A stretch of DNA of 64,000 nucleotides from Candidatus Omnitrophota bacterium (GCA_022710715.1 JAKLGJ010000003.1:25083-89082), one strand, 5' to 3'. Positions 29,595 to 39,188 are shown, counted from the first letter of the stretch. Made by a program: numbers and translations. Notes: generated from the sequence alone by a model not told the origin.

Positions 29595-31547
29595 TCAACT
29601 CGCTGGATTCAAATCTTTAATATTCACCCTGTAGGGTTCAGCCGGATGATACTGATTCGGCGTCCCGTCTTGATTGTGGATCGAGTAAAACGCATCCTGC
29701 GCCACTTTATTCCATCCGATCAGGGAAGCTTCCCAATTCAACGCGGCATTCCCCATCCCGACACCGACAACCTGCCCCTCGTCATTGACAAACTCCACAT
29801 CGTTGATACCTATAAGACAGGTTGTGTTGATCTGATCCATCGGGAAACCGATCGCGCCTTCTGCCTTATTGAGATCATGTATCCATTGATAGGGATTCGA
29901 CCATTGGCCGAACGGACTGATCGCAGAATTGGTGCCGCAGAGAATGCTGGCGGCGCGGATTTCCGCAGGCGTTTGGCTCAAGGAAGTACCGGTCAGCAAG
30001 GTATTATACCCATTACCCGAGGCAATCTCGAAGTTGCCGTTAAGCAAAGCGACGGGATCAATCCCCCGCATCGCGACATCGCCGGGAGAATCCACATACG
30101 TGACCGGGGTTATATTCCCGGAGGCCATCTCATTTTCGGATAGGTTCTTGGCCGCTACCTGAAACTGCGTACCTGCAGACACATCCTGAATAAGAACAGT
30201 TCCGGTGCCCGGAGTGGTGTAATCCAGCCGCAGGTTGCCTTGCGCATCGGCCGTTGTCGTTCCCATCACCTGTGGCCCAGTACCCTTGCCGTTATCAAAA
30301 CTGACCACAACCTGTCCGCCGGGGGTCAATCCCGCGGCCACGACATTGTAGTTATCCAACCCCGCGCTCAAACAAAGGATATTCGCATTATCTGCCGATT
30401 GGGAAACGCCATTGAGACCTGGCGCCGCCGCCAGGGCATTACCTCCCTGCAAAGTCTGGCTATTGGCTCCCGGAACAACCGTTATCTGTTGCGGCGTGCC
30501 GGTATTGGGATCCTGGCCTGCATATACGGGCGCGAGTTCAGTCATACCTCCCGCTGTGGCAGTCGTGCCGAAAGTCGGGGCGGAAAGAGTGAGCCCGGCA
30601 TTGGCAAAATCCGCCTGGCCGATGCTAAATCCCGGATTCCCGTTATTCGCGCCCGCGGTGACCCCGACCACCTGCCCGTTCTCGAAACTAACGGTTAAAG
30701 GAGCGCCGACAGTGATCCCCAGGCCGTTCTGTCCGGTAGTGGTCTCATTATTGTACATTGACTGGCCCAGTCCTCCGGGAAGCATTGCCTGTACCCCATC
30801 CCCGTAGGAGAATGTTCCGCCGCCGGTATAGCTGGGCGTCGACAGTTGCGCGGAAACCTGGCCGGGAGCGGTCTGTGTGATGGTAGCGAAGGTATTACCG
30901 GTAGTCGGATTGGATAAAGTGATCGAGGTGATATCCCCGTTAGCGGCATAATTGAAATTGCCCGACGAACCCGTGGGCGCGTTCAAATTGCCCATCGTGG
31001 CGGAAATGTTCATGCTGAATGTCGTGCCGCCAGGAGCAGTGGCCGTAGGAGCAGAGGTAAAGCTATTATTCCCGGTGAGCGTGGCTGAAAAAGAACCTGC
31101 GCTGGCTGGGGTGAAACCGAGCAATGAGGAAACGTTGCCCAGCGTACCGGATGACGGCATGGTCAACGAAGAAGAAAATGATCCTGGATTACTGCTGATT
31201 CCGGGCGAATTCATGGAAGAGCTGGAGAAGCTGGGCACGCTCATTCCGGACATCGTTGAAGAAAGGGTAGGATTATTCGCGGCAAAGGAAATTCGCGCGT
31301 CAGCCGCGTGCTGCGAAGCCGAAGGACCGGTCCCCAATCCGGGACTGCCGGAAAAAGAAGCGCTGCTTCCCGGGCTGCTGAAGCTTGGAGATGAACCGCC
31401 GGACATCAGATTACCGCTGGTATCATGCGTCCCGTTGGAAGCAAAAGGACAGGGATCCGAAGCATCCCATACAGCGGCATGAACAGGAACCGCAAACACA
31501 CAAAACAAAACACTTGCTACCAACAACAAACACGCTTTGTTTCTCAT
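29595..31547 (-). CDS. secreted Ser/Gly/Thr-rich large surface protein (adhesin-like)
   Basis: Start at MRNKACLLLVASVLFCVFAVPVHA (signal peptide). Very long low-complexity S/G/T/N tracts. Confidence 0.55.
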   Translation of the reverse strand: MRNKACLLLVASVLFCVFAVPVHAAVWDASDPCPFASNGTHDTSGNLMSGGSSPSFSSPGSSASFSGSPGLGTGPSASQHAADARISFAANNPTLSSTMSGMSVPSFSSSSMNSPGISSNPGSFSSSLTMPSSGTLGNVSSLLGFTPASAGSFSATLTGNNSFTSAPTATAPGGTTFSMNISATMGNLNAPTGSSGNFNYAANGDITSITLSNPTTGNTFATITQTAPGQVSAQLSTPSYTGGGTFSYGDGVQAMLPGGLGQSMYNNETTTGQNGLGITVGAPLTVSFENGQVVGVTAGANNGNPGFSIGQADFANAGLTLSAPTFGTTATAGGMTELAPVYAGQDPNTGTPQQITVVPGANSQTLQGGNALAAAPGLNGVSQSADNANILCLSAGLDNYNVVAAGLTPGGQVVVSFDNGKGTGPQVMGTTTADAQGNLRLDYTTPGTGTVLIQDVSAGTQFQVAAKNLSENEMASGNITPVTYVDSPGDVAMRGIDPVALLNGNFEIASGNGYNTLLTGTSLSQTPAEIRAASILCGTNSAISPFGQWSNPYQWIHDLNKAEGAIGFPMDQINTTCLIGINDVEFVNDEGQVVGVGMGNAALNWEASLIGWNKVAQDAFYSIHNQDGTPNQYHPAEPYRVNIKDLNPAS

Positions 31548-31654
31548 ACAGCCTCCTCGTGGTTTAATCGTTATTCGCATTAGACCTCGAGTAAGGACGG
31601 CCGTTCCCCATCAAACTAAATAAGCCTGATCCCCCCCACAAACGTCTTACTCCC

Positions 31655-31862
31655 CCTTAAAACAAAACAACCGAGTTGCACTATCCAGGCAACCCGGCTA
31701 TCGAATATAATTTATTTCAGGGTTTTTAAAAGACCTTAAAATGAACTCTAACTAATTTCTCCCGTATTTCCCCTGAAACAAACTGCGTGTTACTTTCGAC
31801 CCGTGGCTTTCCGTCCCCGCCTTACGACGGGTTTGGCTTTGTCGTCACAAGTATGCCATATC
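31655..31862 (-). promoter_or_regulatory. c-di-GMP-I (GEMM)-like riboswitch candidate with terminator expression platform
   Basis: The minus-strand RNA reads GACGACAAAGCCAAACCCGUCGUAAGGCGGGGACGGAAAGCCACGGGUCGAAAG. It aligns position by position with the Vc2 GEMM aptamer: GGGCAAACC / hairpin with GNRA loop / GGGACGCAAAGCCUCCGG. It is followed by a 9-bp terminator stem CCGGGUUGC / GCAACUCGG and UUGUUUUGUUUU at 31659-31697. Confidence 0.55.
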
Positions 31863-31950
31863 AACTTCAGAAATTCAAGTCTTTGTTCCCGACTTTTGCT
31901 TCCGTTTACGCTACCAAGATCAAAATCAGGCTCGAACACGCTTATCAATG

Positions 31951-31983
31951 GTCCTGGAGGACAGTTACCTGTCCTCCAGGACC
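31951..31983. promoter_or_regulatory. perfect 14-bp-arm palindrome downstream of the 32064 gene
   Basis: GTCCTGGAGGACAG TTAC CTGTCCTCCAGGAC. No U tract follows. Confidence 0.4.
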
Positions 31984-32063
31984 TTGACCGAACATTCTCT
32001 CGAACGTGCCTGATTGTCTGTTTGCTGCTTTACTTCTCCCCCTCCCTTGTTGTGGTGGTGCGG

Positions 32064-34052
32064 TTAATTCAAAGGTGAAATGCCGATCGTGCTGTACTGG
32101 CCGCCGTAATAGCCGGCCTCAATGATATTATTGTGGTCTCTGACCCGGTCATTCACCACGCCCGAGCCCGAACCCGGTATCATCATACCCATCTCGTCGT
32201 AATGCGCAGTATTGATGGTGAAGAACGGATCCATTACGATATAGTCCTGCAGCTTAGCCGCATCCATCATGCTCCCGGGAAGCGCATTAAAGGAAGCCTG
32301 CATATCCACTTTATCTTCCATAGACAGGCCAAATCCCTTTAAAGCCTCGGTGCTGACATAACCGCAGAACACCTCATCCCAGCGATTATCCACGTAGGTC
32401 AAACCGCCGCTGGGGGTGGTGAACAAGGATCCCTGGCCGATGACCTGCGACCAATTGTTGATCGATACCGGGCCGTAGAGCAAGTTGCTCATATGCTCCT
32501 GGGCCGAGCCGGAAAGATTGGTCACCACCTGCGAGGTAACCTGACCCTGCCCGTACGTTTCCAGAGTAGAGTCGGCAGGAGACACGCCTTTGATATCGTA
32601 GGTCTTGCCGTCGGCAGTCTTCAGATTGTCCACAAAATTCTCGGCAGTGCTGACTTCGTCGATGGAGCGAAAAGCGACCACGCGCTGATTGCCGGCCATA
32701 TCCTCAACCACAGCCCAGACATTATTGCCATAATGCTTGGTCTCGCCCTGATTATTGGGCTGATCTTTCCAGATTCCCGGCAAGGCGCTGATCACCACGC
32801 CATCGGCGGTGGCAAACCACTTCTCCGGGGAAGAGCCGAATATCTGCGCGCCGTCCTCATCATGGAAAGAAAGCACCTTGCTGACTCCGGACAGATACAG
32901 CGTGCCCTGATTGTCGACAATGGTCAAAGGCGCCAATCCCTGCGGCGCTGCCGAAGTCTGCGCGACTGGCTGTTCCTGATCAGAAGCCAGAAGCTGACCT
33001 TGAGCCTGTTCCTGGCCTGAAACTGCCTCTTTGCTGCCAGCCATCGGATCAATGCCTGTTGCCGCCAGGGAACCGGCGATCGGCGTTGCCGCCTGCAACA
33101 GCGCGCTGTCTTCGCCGAAATTCCTGCCGTCAACTACCATCTGGACCAGCTTGCCGTCCTTATAATTCATGGTGAGATCCGAACCGTCTTTAATACCCAG
33201 GGCAGTGGCCACTTCCGACTTATCACCGATGCCTGAAAAGATCATGTATTCGTTATCGTTCATCTTCATCCTGCCGCCTTCGGTAGCTTCGGCTTTCCAG
33301 GTGGAAACCACGCTACCTGACTGGTCGCGGCCGATCGCGCCAACAGACTTGAGATCGCTATTGACAAATGAGATCTCCACGAAGTTATTCCCGCCCACGC
33401 TTGCGCCTTCGGCAGCGCTCATCTGAACGAACACCTTGGTCCCTTCAGTCACTTTTGCCGGGAACGCTCCGTCGAGATTGAAGGTGGCGCTCTGGTTGTT
33501 GAAATCGAAAGTTATCTGATTGGCGCCGTTCCAGACGCCGGTGGCGCCCAGAATGCCGGTGTTGCTGTTATAGAACAACCCCTGGCCGTTGGTAATCGTA
33601 TCGGGACGGGAAGTAGAAATGGAAAAAGTGGGATTATTGAAGAAGCTTCCCACCGCGTTGGAAGAGCTAAGAGCTATGGATTGGGTGCCGAAAGAAGAAC
33701 TGGTGATGGGATTAGTGGTTACGGAAGGAGTCGTACCCCATTGAGCCCAGATGTTGTGATCCGGACCGCCGTAACTCCACATGCCCGTACCGCTGACCAC
33801 CGGACTGGCGCTGATAGCTGCCGCAGGAGTTGACCAGCTGCCGCCTCCTCCGCCGCCGTCAATACTCACTCCGCCGCCGCCAAAAACGCTGCCGCCCATG
33901 GTTTCCGACATACCTGAAGGTGCCAGATCTGCCTGATACGAACCCGGCGCGGACTCCGTAACCCAGCTCGCGCAGACCGGCATACACAGCGGAACAGTCA
34001 AAAGAACAACTGCGAAAAACATACTTCCTGAAGCCAAGGAATGAAATCTCAT
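32064..34052 (-). CDS. large secreted hypothetical protein
   Basis: Signal peptide MRFHSLASGSMFFAVVLLTVPLCMPVCASW. Gly-rich N-terminus. Preceded by the second riboswitch-like leader. Confidence 0.55.
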   Translation of the reverse strand: MRFHSLASGSMFFAVVLLTVPLCMPVCASWVTESAPGSYQADLAPSGMSETMGGSVFGGGGVSIDGGGGGGSWSTPAAAISASPVVSGTGMWSYGGPDHNIWAQWGTTPSVTTNPITSSSFGTQSIALSSSNAVGSFFNNPTFSISTSRPDTITNGQGLFYNSNTGILGATGVWNGANQITFDFNNQSATFNLDGAFPAKVTEGTKVFVQMSAAEGASVGGNNFVEISFVNSDLKSVGAIGRDQSGSVVSTWKAEATEGGRMKMNDNEYMIFSGIGDKSEVATALGIKDGSDLTMNYKDGKLVQMVVDGRNFGEDSALLQAATPIAGSLAATGIDPMAGSKEAVSGQEQAQGQLLASDQEQPVAQTSAAPQGLAPLTIVDNQGTLYLSGVSKVLSFHDEDGAQIFGSSPEKWFATADGVVISALPGIWKDQPNNQGETKHYGNNVWAVVEDMAGNQRVVAFRSIDEVSTAENFVDNLKTADGKTYDIKGVSPADSTLETYGQGQVTSQVVTNLSGSAQEHMSNLLYGPVSINNWSQVIGQGSLFTTPSGGLTYVDNRWDEVFCGYVSTEALKGFGLSMEDKVDMQASFNALPGSMMDAAKLQDYIVMDPFFTINTAHYDEMGMMIPGSGSGVVNDRVRDHNNIIEAGYYGGQYSTIGISPLN

Positions 34053-34117
34053 CTTCCCCCTCCCCGTATTTAAGGGCCCCCCACTTATCCCTTGCGCTCC
34101 GGATTGAGCGACTTAGT

Positions 34118-34370
34118 AGACAACAAAAAAACCGAGTTGCGCTTGTTCGGCAACCCGGCTATCGAATAGATTGTTTGAGGGTTTTAAAAAGAGTTTAAGA
34201 TCAACTCAAAAAAAATTTCTGTTCCCCATTCCCCCAAAACAAATTGTCAGTTACTTTCGACCCGTGGCTTTCCTTCGGCGTGTTCATGCTGCGTTTCAAC
34301 CGAACTCCCGTCTGGGAGGTCCCCGCCTTACGACGAGTTTGGCTTTGTCGTTCAAAGTATGCCATACTTA
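34118..34370 (-). promoter_or_regulatory. second copy of the GEMM-like leader (with ~45-nt hairpin insertion) plus conserved terminator
   Basis: Matches copy 1 (...UAUGGCAUACUU..GACGACAAAGCCAAAC.CGUCGUAAGGCGGGGAC..GGAAAGCCACGGGUCGAAAGUAAC...) except for an inserted CUCCCAGACGGGAGUUCGG...CCGAA block. The terminator CCGGGUUGC / GCAACUCGG followed by UUUUUUUG is at 34121-34158. Confidence 0.45.
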
Positions 34371-34394
34371 ACCGAGGTTTTCAAGAGTCAAAAG

Positions 34395-35318
34395 CTAACT
34401 TTTGTTTCTTTTTACAATTTTTTGCAAAATCACACTTTTAGCAATACCCGGCCCGACCTTCACCCATACAATCCGCCTGTCCTTACGGAACCAGGTCATC
34501 TGCCGGCGGGCGTAGCGGCGGGTATTGCGCTGCATCAATTCTTTTGCGCCCTGCTCATCCAGCCCGCCCTCAAGATAACTTTTAACCTCCTGTATGCCGA
34601 TAGCGCAGGCAGCAGTCCGGCTAAGCTTTTTCTTCAAAAGCCTCTTCACTTCCTTGACCAGCCCCTGATCGAACATTTCCTCTACCCGCCGGTTGATCCG
34701 CTCATACAAAATGTCGCGATCCATATCCAGGCCGATGATCCGGACATCATATTCTTTATCCAATCCTTTGCGGGTTTGCTGCAGCCGGGAGATGGGAACT
34801 CCGGCTACCGCAAAAACCTCCAACGCCCGCACAATACGCTTGGTATCATTGGGATGGATTTTTCGCGCCGCCGGCGGATCGACCTCTTGCAGTCGAGCGT
34901 GCAACGCCGCGCTGCCCTGCTCCCGGGCCTGCTTGAACAACCGCGCCCGCACGCGGGGATCTTCGGTCTTGACTTCAAATATCCCATCCACCACGATCGA
35001 CATATACAATCCGCTGCCTCCCACGAACAACGGGATGCGGCCGAGGTTGATGATCGTTTTGATCGCTTTGAGCGCTCGGCGGCGGTATTCGGAAACATTG
35101 AATTCATCTTCGGGACTGACTATGCCCAGCAGATGATGCGCAACAGCAGCGCGCTGCGCGGCCGTGGGTTTCGAGCTTAAAATATCCATGCCTTTATACA
35201 CCTGCATGGAATCGCAGGAAATGATCTGCGCGCCGATCTTTTTCGCCAGCGGAATGGAAAGACCGGTTTTGCCGACCGCAGTCGGTCCGACCAGAAATAT
35301 GACTTTCGCGCGTTTCAT
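34395..35318 (-). CDS. miaA: tRNA dimethylallyltransferase
   Basis: VIFLVGPTAVGKTGLSIPLAKKIGAQIISCDSMQVYKGMDI is the MiaA P-loop and signature. Confidence 0.85.
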   Translation of the reverse strand: MKRAKVIFLVGPTAVGKTGLSIPLAKKIGAQIISCDSMQVYKGMDILSSKPTAAQRAAVAHHLLGIVSPEDEFNVSEYRRRALKAIKTIINLGRIPLFVGGSGLYMSIVVDGIFEVKTEDPRVRARLFKQAREQGSAALHARLQEVDPPAARKIHPNDTKRIVRALEVFAVAGVPISRLQQTRKGLDKEYDVRIIGLDMDRDILYERINRRVEEMFDQGLVKEVKRLLKKKLSRTAACAIGIQEVKSYLEGGLDEQGAKELMQRNTRRYARRQMTWFRKDRRIVWVKVGPGIAKSVILQKIVKRNKS

Positions 35319-35402
35319 AGGTTATTAACCGGCGACTGAAAGGAGTCCCACGAATAAAAAATTAAAGTGCGGTGGGAGAGCTCCCGGACTGCCTGTGGAT
35401 AA

Positions 35403-36200
35403 CTACGGCAGGATCTTTGTGGGATAGCCTTTTTGTTTGAGCACTTTCTCTGCCGCAACCGCTTCATCCCGGGAAGCATAATTGCCCACCCGGACCTTGA
35501 ATATGTGCCTCGATCCGGATAAAGCTTCCGCCACGATGACCGCGTATCCCTGCCGGCTCAACTTCTCCGCCAGCTTACCGGCATTGATTTTGCTGGTAAA
35601 TGCGCCCACCTGGATCACGAAAACAGGCTTCTTCTCATTTGTTCCCCCAGCGTCCTTGACGGCCTGGGACACGGCCGCCTGAAAATCTTTCTGCATCGCG
35701 GAATTTATCACCTCTTGAGTCACCGCCGGCTGGCTCGTTTTTTCCGCTACCTGTTTTGCCGCTACCTGATCGACGCGCTGCTGAACATCGGCCCTGAACT
35801 TCGTCCGGGGATGCTCCGAGGAAAATTGCTTTAACAATCTGTCCGCCCTGGCATACTCGCCCAGAGCAATGGCCGCGTCAACCGCGCCCAATTGCGACTG
35901 TTCCAGAAACGGGCTGCGTTTGAATTCCTTGCCGATGATATCGAAAATATCCGCGGCGCGCAGCGCGTTGCCGTCCTTGAGATAACACACACCGAGATAA
36001 TAATACAGCTCGTCCAGCCGGGAGCTGCTCTTGCGCGCGCCGGCAAGCAGGCTTTCTCCTTCCCTGATCGCCGCTTTGTATTCCCCCTTAAGAAATGCGA
36101 TCTTGACCTTATCCGGATTCAAACACCAGCCGTTTTGAACCGATAGCACCCATACCAGCGCCAGCAAAACCAAAACGTTCCCAGATCTGCTTGAATTCAT
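35403..36200 (-). CDS. TPR and SPOR domain protein (peptidoglycan-binding, cell-division associated)
   Basis: Signal/TM N-terminus, TPR-like helices, and a C-terminal SPOR-like VFVIQVGAF...KVRVGNYASRDEA. Confidence 0.55.
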   Translation of the reverse strand: MNSSRSGNVLVLLALVWVLSVQNGWCLNPDKVKIAFLKGEYKAAIREGESLLAGARKSSSRLDELYYYLGVCYLKDGNALRAADIFDIIGKEFKRSPFLEQSQLGAVDAAIALGEYARADRLLKQFSSEHPRTKFRADVQQRVDQVAAKQVAEKTSQPAVTQEVINSAMQKDFQAAVSQAVKDAGGTNEKKPVFVIQVGAFTSKINAGKLAEKLSRQGYAVIVAEALSGSRHIFKVRVGNYASRDEAVAAEKVLKQKGYPTKILP

Positions 36201-37429
36201 TTCTTCCTCCTGGAAATTGTTTTCTGCAGGTCCAGTATCAACGCGTGCCTGCGTTCTTTTTCCGCTTGCTCCACGGTATCCGCCCAGGCATACGCCTCGG
36301 AATGCGGGCGCGGAGAGTACTTAAAGATGTACGCCGATTCGAACTCGACATCTCTGACCAGATCGACGGTTTGCTGAAAATCCTCCTGCGTCTCTCCGGG
36401 GAATCCCACGATAATATCCGTGCTTAAAGCGCCGCCGGGGACCAGCTTCCGGTACTGCCGCGCCAGATCGAGATAATACTCGCGGGTATACCCGCGATTC
36501 ATCCGTTTGAGCACCGCATTCGAACCGGCCTGAAAAGGCAGGTGCAGGTACGGCTTGATATTCGCATATTCGGCCATCACGCGGAATATTTCGACCGTGG
36601 TATCCCTGGGATGAGACGTAATGAAACTCAACTCATCCACTCCTTTAAGCTGCGCAACAGTCCGCAGCAGCGCGACAAAATCGCCCTCATCGCCGCGATA
36701 CGCATTGACGTTCTGACCCAGCAGAGTTATCTTGCGCCTGCCGCCGGCAGCCGCCTCCTTGATCTCGCGCACGATCTCTTTATACGGCCGATTGCGCAGG
36801 GCTCCGCGCACGAACGGGACCACGCAATACGCGCACATATTGGAACAGCCTTCGGAAATGACCACATACGCCTGCTCCGGATCCTGGCGGTATCCGGTAT
36901 GGTAGATCTCTTCCGGCCGGGACTCGGCGTCGGTCTCCCAGACCTTGACTTCATATAATGAAGATCCGCCCGATTGCTTCCGCGCGGAAAATAACCGCTC
37001 CAGGATCGCGGGGATTTTGGCGATATCCGCGGGACCGACCACAAAATCCACTGCCGGCGAACGCTCGAACACCGCCTCTTTGTAATTCTGGGCCATACAT
37101 CCCACAAGCCCCACCAGCGGCTTCTGCTTCGGTTTCTTACCGGCCGCGGACTTCCGCTGCGCGCGCGAGCTTTTGGTGAGCCTGCCGATCTCGCTCCAGA
37201 CCTTATCCTCCGCATGCTGGCGCACCGAACAGGTATTGAAGATCACCGCGTCGGCATGCTCGGCGGACTCTGTCAGCGCGTAGCCGGCCTGCTTGAGCAA
37301 CCCGGCGATCACCTCGCTGTCGCGCACATTCATCTGACATCCGAAGGTGCGCAAAAGTATACGCTTTCCATGACCCGGCTTGCCCTCGGATTTGCCTGTA
37401 TTGTCGTCGTTTCGCTCTTTTTCTGCCAT
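36197..37429 (-). CDS. miaB: tRNA-2-methylthio-N6-dimethylallyladenosine synthase
   Basis: TFGCQMN MTTase N-terminus. Radical-SAM CSNMCAYC. TRAM C-terminus. The first 100 nt overlap the recombinase 3' end. Confidence 0.85.
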   Translation of the reverse strand: MAEKERNDDNTGKSEGKPGHGKRILLRTFGCQMNVRDSEVIAGLLKQAGYALTESAEHADAVIFNTCSVRQHAEDKVWSEIGRLTKSSRAQRKSAAGKKPKQKPLVGLVGCMAQNYKEAVFERSPAVDFVVGPADIAKIPAILERLFSARKQSGGSSLYEVKVWETDAESRPEEIYHTGYRQDPEQAYVVISEGCSNMCAYCVVPFVRGALRNRPYKEIVREIKEAAAGGRRKITLLGQNVNAYRGDEGDFVALLRTVAQLKGVDELSFITSHPRDTTVEIFRVMAEYANIKPYLHLPFQAGSNAVLKRMNRGYTREYYLDLARQYRKLVPGGALSTDIIVGFPGETQEDFQQTVDLVRDVEFESAYIFKYSPRPHSEAYAWADTVEQAEKERRHALILDLQKTISRRKK

Positions 37430-39009
37430 TTTAGCCCCTCTTCATAACACATTTTCCAAGGTTCGTTAATCTCGACCTTGACGATCTCTTTGTTTTGAAT
37501 GTAAATGCCCTTGAATATAATCCTCATGAATGTTTTGATGAGATAGTCCATTTTCTCGCTGTTTGGATTGCTCCGCAGGCAAAGCAAAAAGTCCTGCGTT
37601 GCCTTGACCAAATTCACTGCATTGCGCTTTTCAAGAATCTTGATCTGAATCGCCTTCACATCCTGTCGGAGTTTCTTCTCCTCGTTTCTCAAAAGCTCGG
37701 CCCGATCCTTGTAGATATCAATATTGATCTTGTCCTCCGAGAAGACCTCGTAAAGCCCTTTCTGTTTCTCGAGATTTCTGGCAAGATCCTTTTCCTTGCC
37801 ATCCAGCTCTTCAATGATCTTATGCTCCGGCTCGGTGGCGCTAAGTTTGATGACGTCGCTCAATTCTTCAATAACGTGCAGGTTTTTGCTGATAGTGTCA
37901 ATGATATCCCAAACCTGCTTAGTAAGAACATCGGCGCGCACAGCCTTATTCGAACAATTGACATACGATACGCCCAGCGCCGAACACGCATACCACGGCC
38001 TTCTCATTTTGGTGCGGTGATTGCATGTAATCATCAGCCCACGGTAATTGCGGCCGCATTCGTTACATTTAACCACACCGGACAAGTGATACACGTTATT
38101 CCGGAAACGGACAACCGCATTCGTCCGGTTACGCGCTAAAAGTTTCTGCGCGGCATCATGCATCTCTTGCGTGATGATCGGCTCGTGGGCGTTTGGGACC
38201 TCGATCACCTTTGACGGATCATTATTCACGTAGCAATAGCCTTTACCCTCGCCATTCTTCGTCTTGCGCTTCTTATCGTAATGCCGCCGGTTCCACGTGA
38301 TCGTGCCCAAGTAAACCTTGCTATGCAAAATGTCCGAAATAAACTTGCCGTAAAATCTGCCGCCCTGTCTTGCCGAAACTCCAAGATGATAATAATGTCC
38401 GGCGATCTGCGCGGTACTCTTGCCGCCTAAATACTGATCGTAAATGTCCCTGACAATTTTTGCCTCTTCCGGATGAATCTCGAGCTTCTTGGTTTCTTTA
38501 TTGTGGCGATAGCCATACGGCGCAAAGCGTGCGCCTTGCCAGTGGCCGCGCTTAACACCCATGACCATGCCCGGGAATACACGCTCAACCAGACGATTGC
38601 GCTCAAACTCCGCACAAGAACCCAACATTTGAATCGCCATCTTACCGGCGCTGGAAGTCGTATCAAACGGCTCGGTCGCTGATTTATACCCAATGCCGAG
38701 GTTTTCAAACTCTTCGAGCAATCCCAACAAGTCCTTAAGCCGACGACTCAATCGATCCTGCTTATAGACCAAGACCAGATCGAACATCTTATTGCGCGCA
38801 TCGAAAAGAAGCTTTTTTAGCGCTGGCCTGTCCATATTCCCACCGGAAAATCCATCGTCCATGTAAACATCTCTTCCGGAAAGACTGCAAACAACATCCC
38901 AGCCGAAGTTCTTCGCGTATTGCAAAAGATAATTTCTCTGCACCTCCAGCGAAAAACCTTCTCTCGCTTGATCCTCTGTGCTAACTCTCGTATACAATGC
39001 GACTTTCAC
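37330..39009 (-). CDS. large serine recombinase (integrase)
   Basis: (GTG-start) MKVALYTRVSTEDQ...FDLVLVYKQDRLSRR resolvase catalytic domain, then a recombinase domain and a Cys-rich zinc-ribbon region. 559 aa. Confidence 0.85.
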   Translation of the reverse strand: MKVALYTRVSTEDQAREGFSLEVQRNYLLQYAKNFGWDVVCSLSGRDVYMDDGFSGGNMDRPALKKLLFDARNKMFDLVLVYKQDRLSRRLKDLLGLLEEFENLGIGYKSATEPFDTTSSAGKMAIQMLGSCAEFERNRLVERVFPGMVMGVKRGHWQGARFAPYGYRHNKETKKLEIHPEEAKIVRDIYDQYLGGKSTAQIAGHYYHLGVSARQGGRFYGKFISDILHSKVYLGTITWNRRHYDKKRKTKNGEGKGYCYVNNDPSKVIEVPNAHEPIITQEMHDAAQKLLARNRTNAVVRFRNNVYHLSGVVKCNECGRNYRGLMITCNHRTKMRRPWYACSALGVSYVNCSNKAVRADVLTKQVWDIIDTISKNLHVIEELSDVIKLSATEPEHKIIEELDGKEKDLARNLEKQKGLYEVFSEDKINIDIYKDRAELLRNEEKKLRQDVKAIQIKILEKRNAVNLVKATQDFLLCLRSNPNSEKMDYLIKTFMRIIFKGIYIQNKEIVKVEINEPWKMCYEEGLKWQKKSETTTIQANPRASRVMESVYFCAPSDVR

Positions 39010-39188
39010 TATTCTTCCTTTAGCGTCTCACGCCATTCTTTAATCTTGGCGATACACTCGTCCGTAAAAACCGGCCAGTCTTTGTAATCGCGTTTGGGCT
39101 TAACCCAGCCCTTGCGGATCCAATTGATCATGGTCTGCCGGTGAACTCCCAGCACTTTTGCCGTCTCTGTCATGGTGTAAGTTTTCAT
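39009..39188 (-). CDS. excisionase/AlpA-like HTH_17 DNA-binding protein (candidate recombination directionality factor)
   Basis: 59-aa ORF not in the track: MKTYTMTETAKVLGVHRQTMINWIRKGWVKPKRDYKDWPVFTDECIAKIKEWRETLKEE. Its stop overlaps the integrase GTG as TAGTG. Confidence 0.6.
   Translation of the reverse strand: MKTYTMTETAKVLGVHRQTMINWIRKGWVKPKRDYKDWPVFTDECIAKIKEWRETLKEE

Noticed and set aside
31841-31862. sigma-54 promoter reading of TGGCATACTTGTGAC in the riboswitch leaders
   Set aside because: The GG/GC dinucleotides are not at the required -24/-12 spacing (GG-N10-GC).
35330-35400. Terminator between the SPOR gene and miaA (GGGAGAGCTCCC)
   Set aside because: The stem is only 4-5 bp with a 2-4 nt loop, and the U tract is 9 nt away. 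That is too weak to call.
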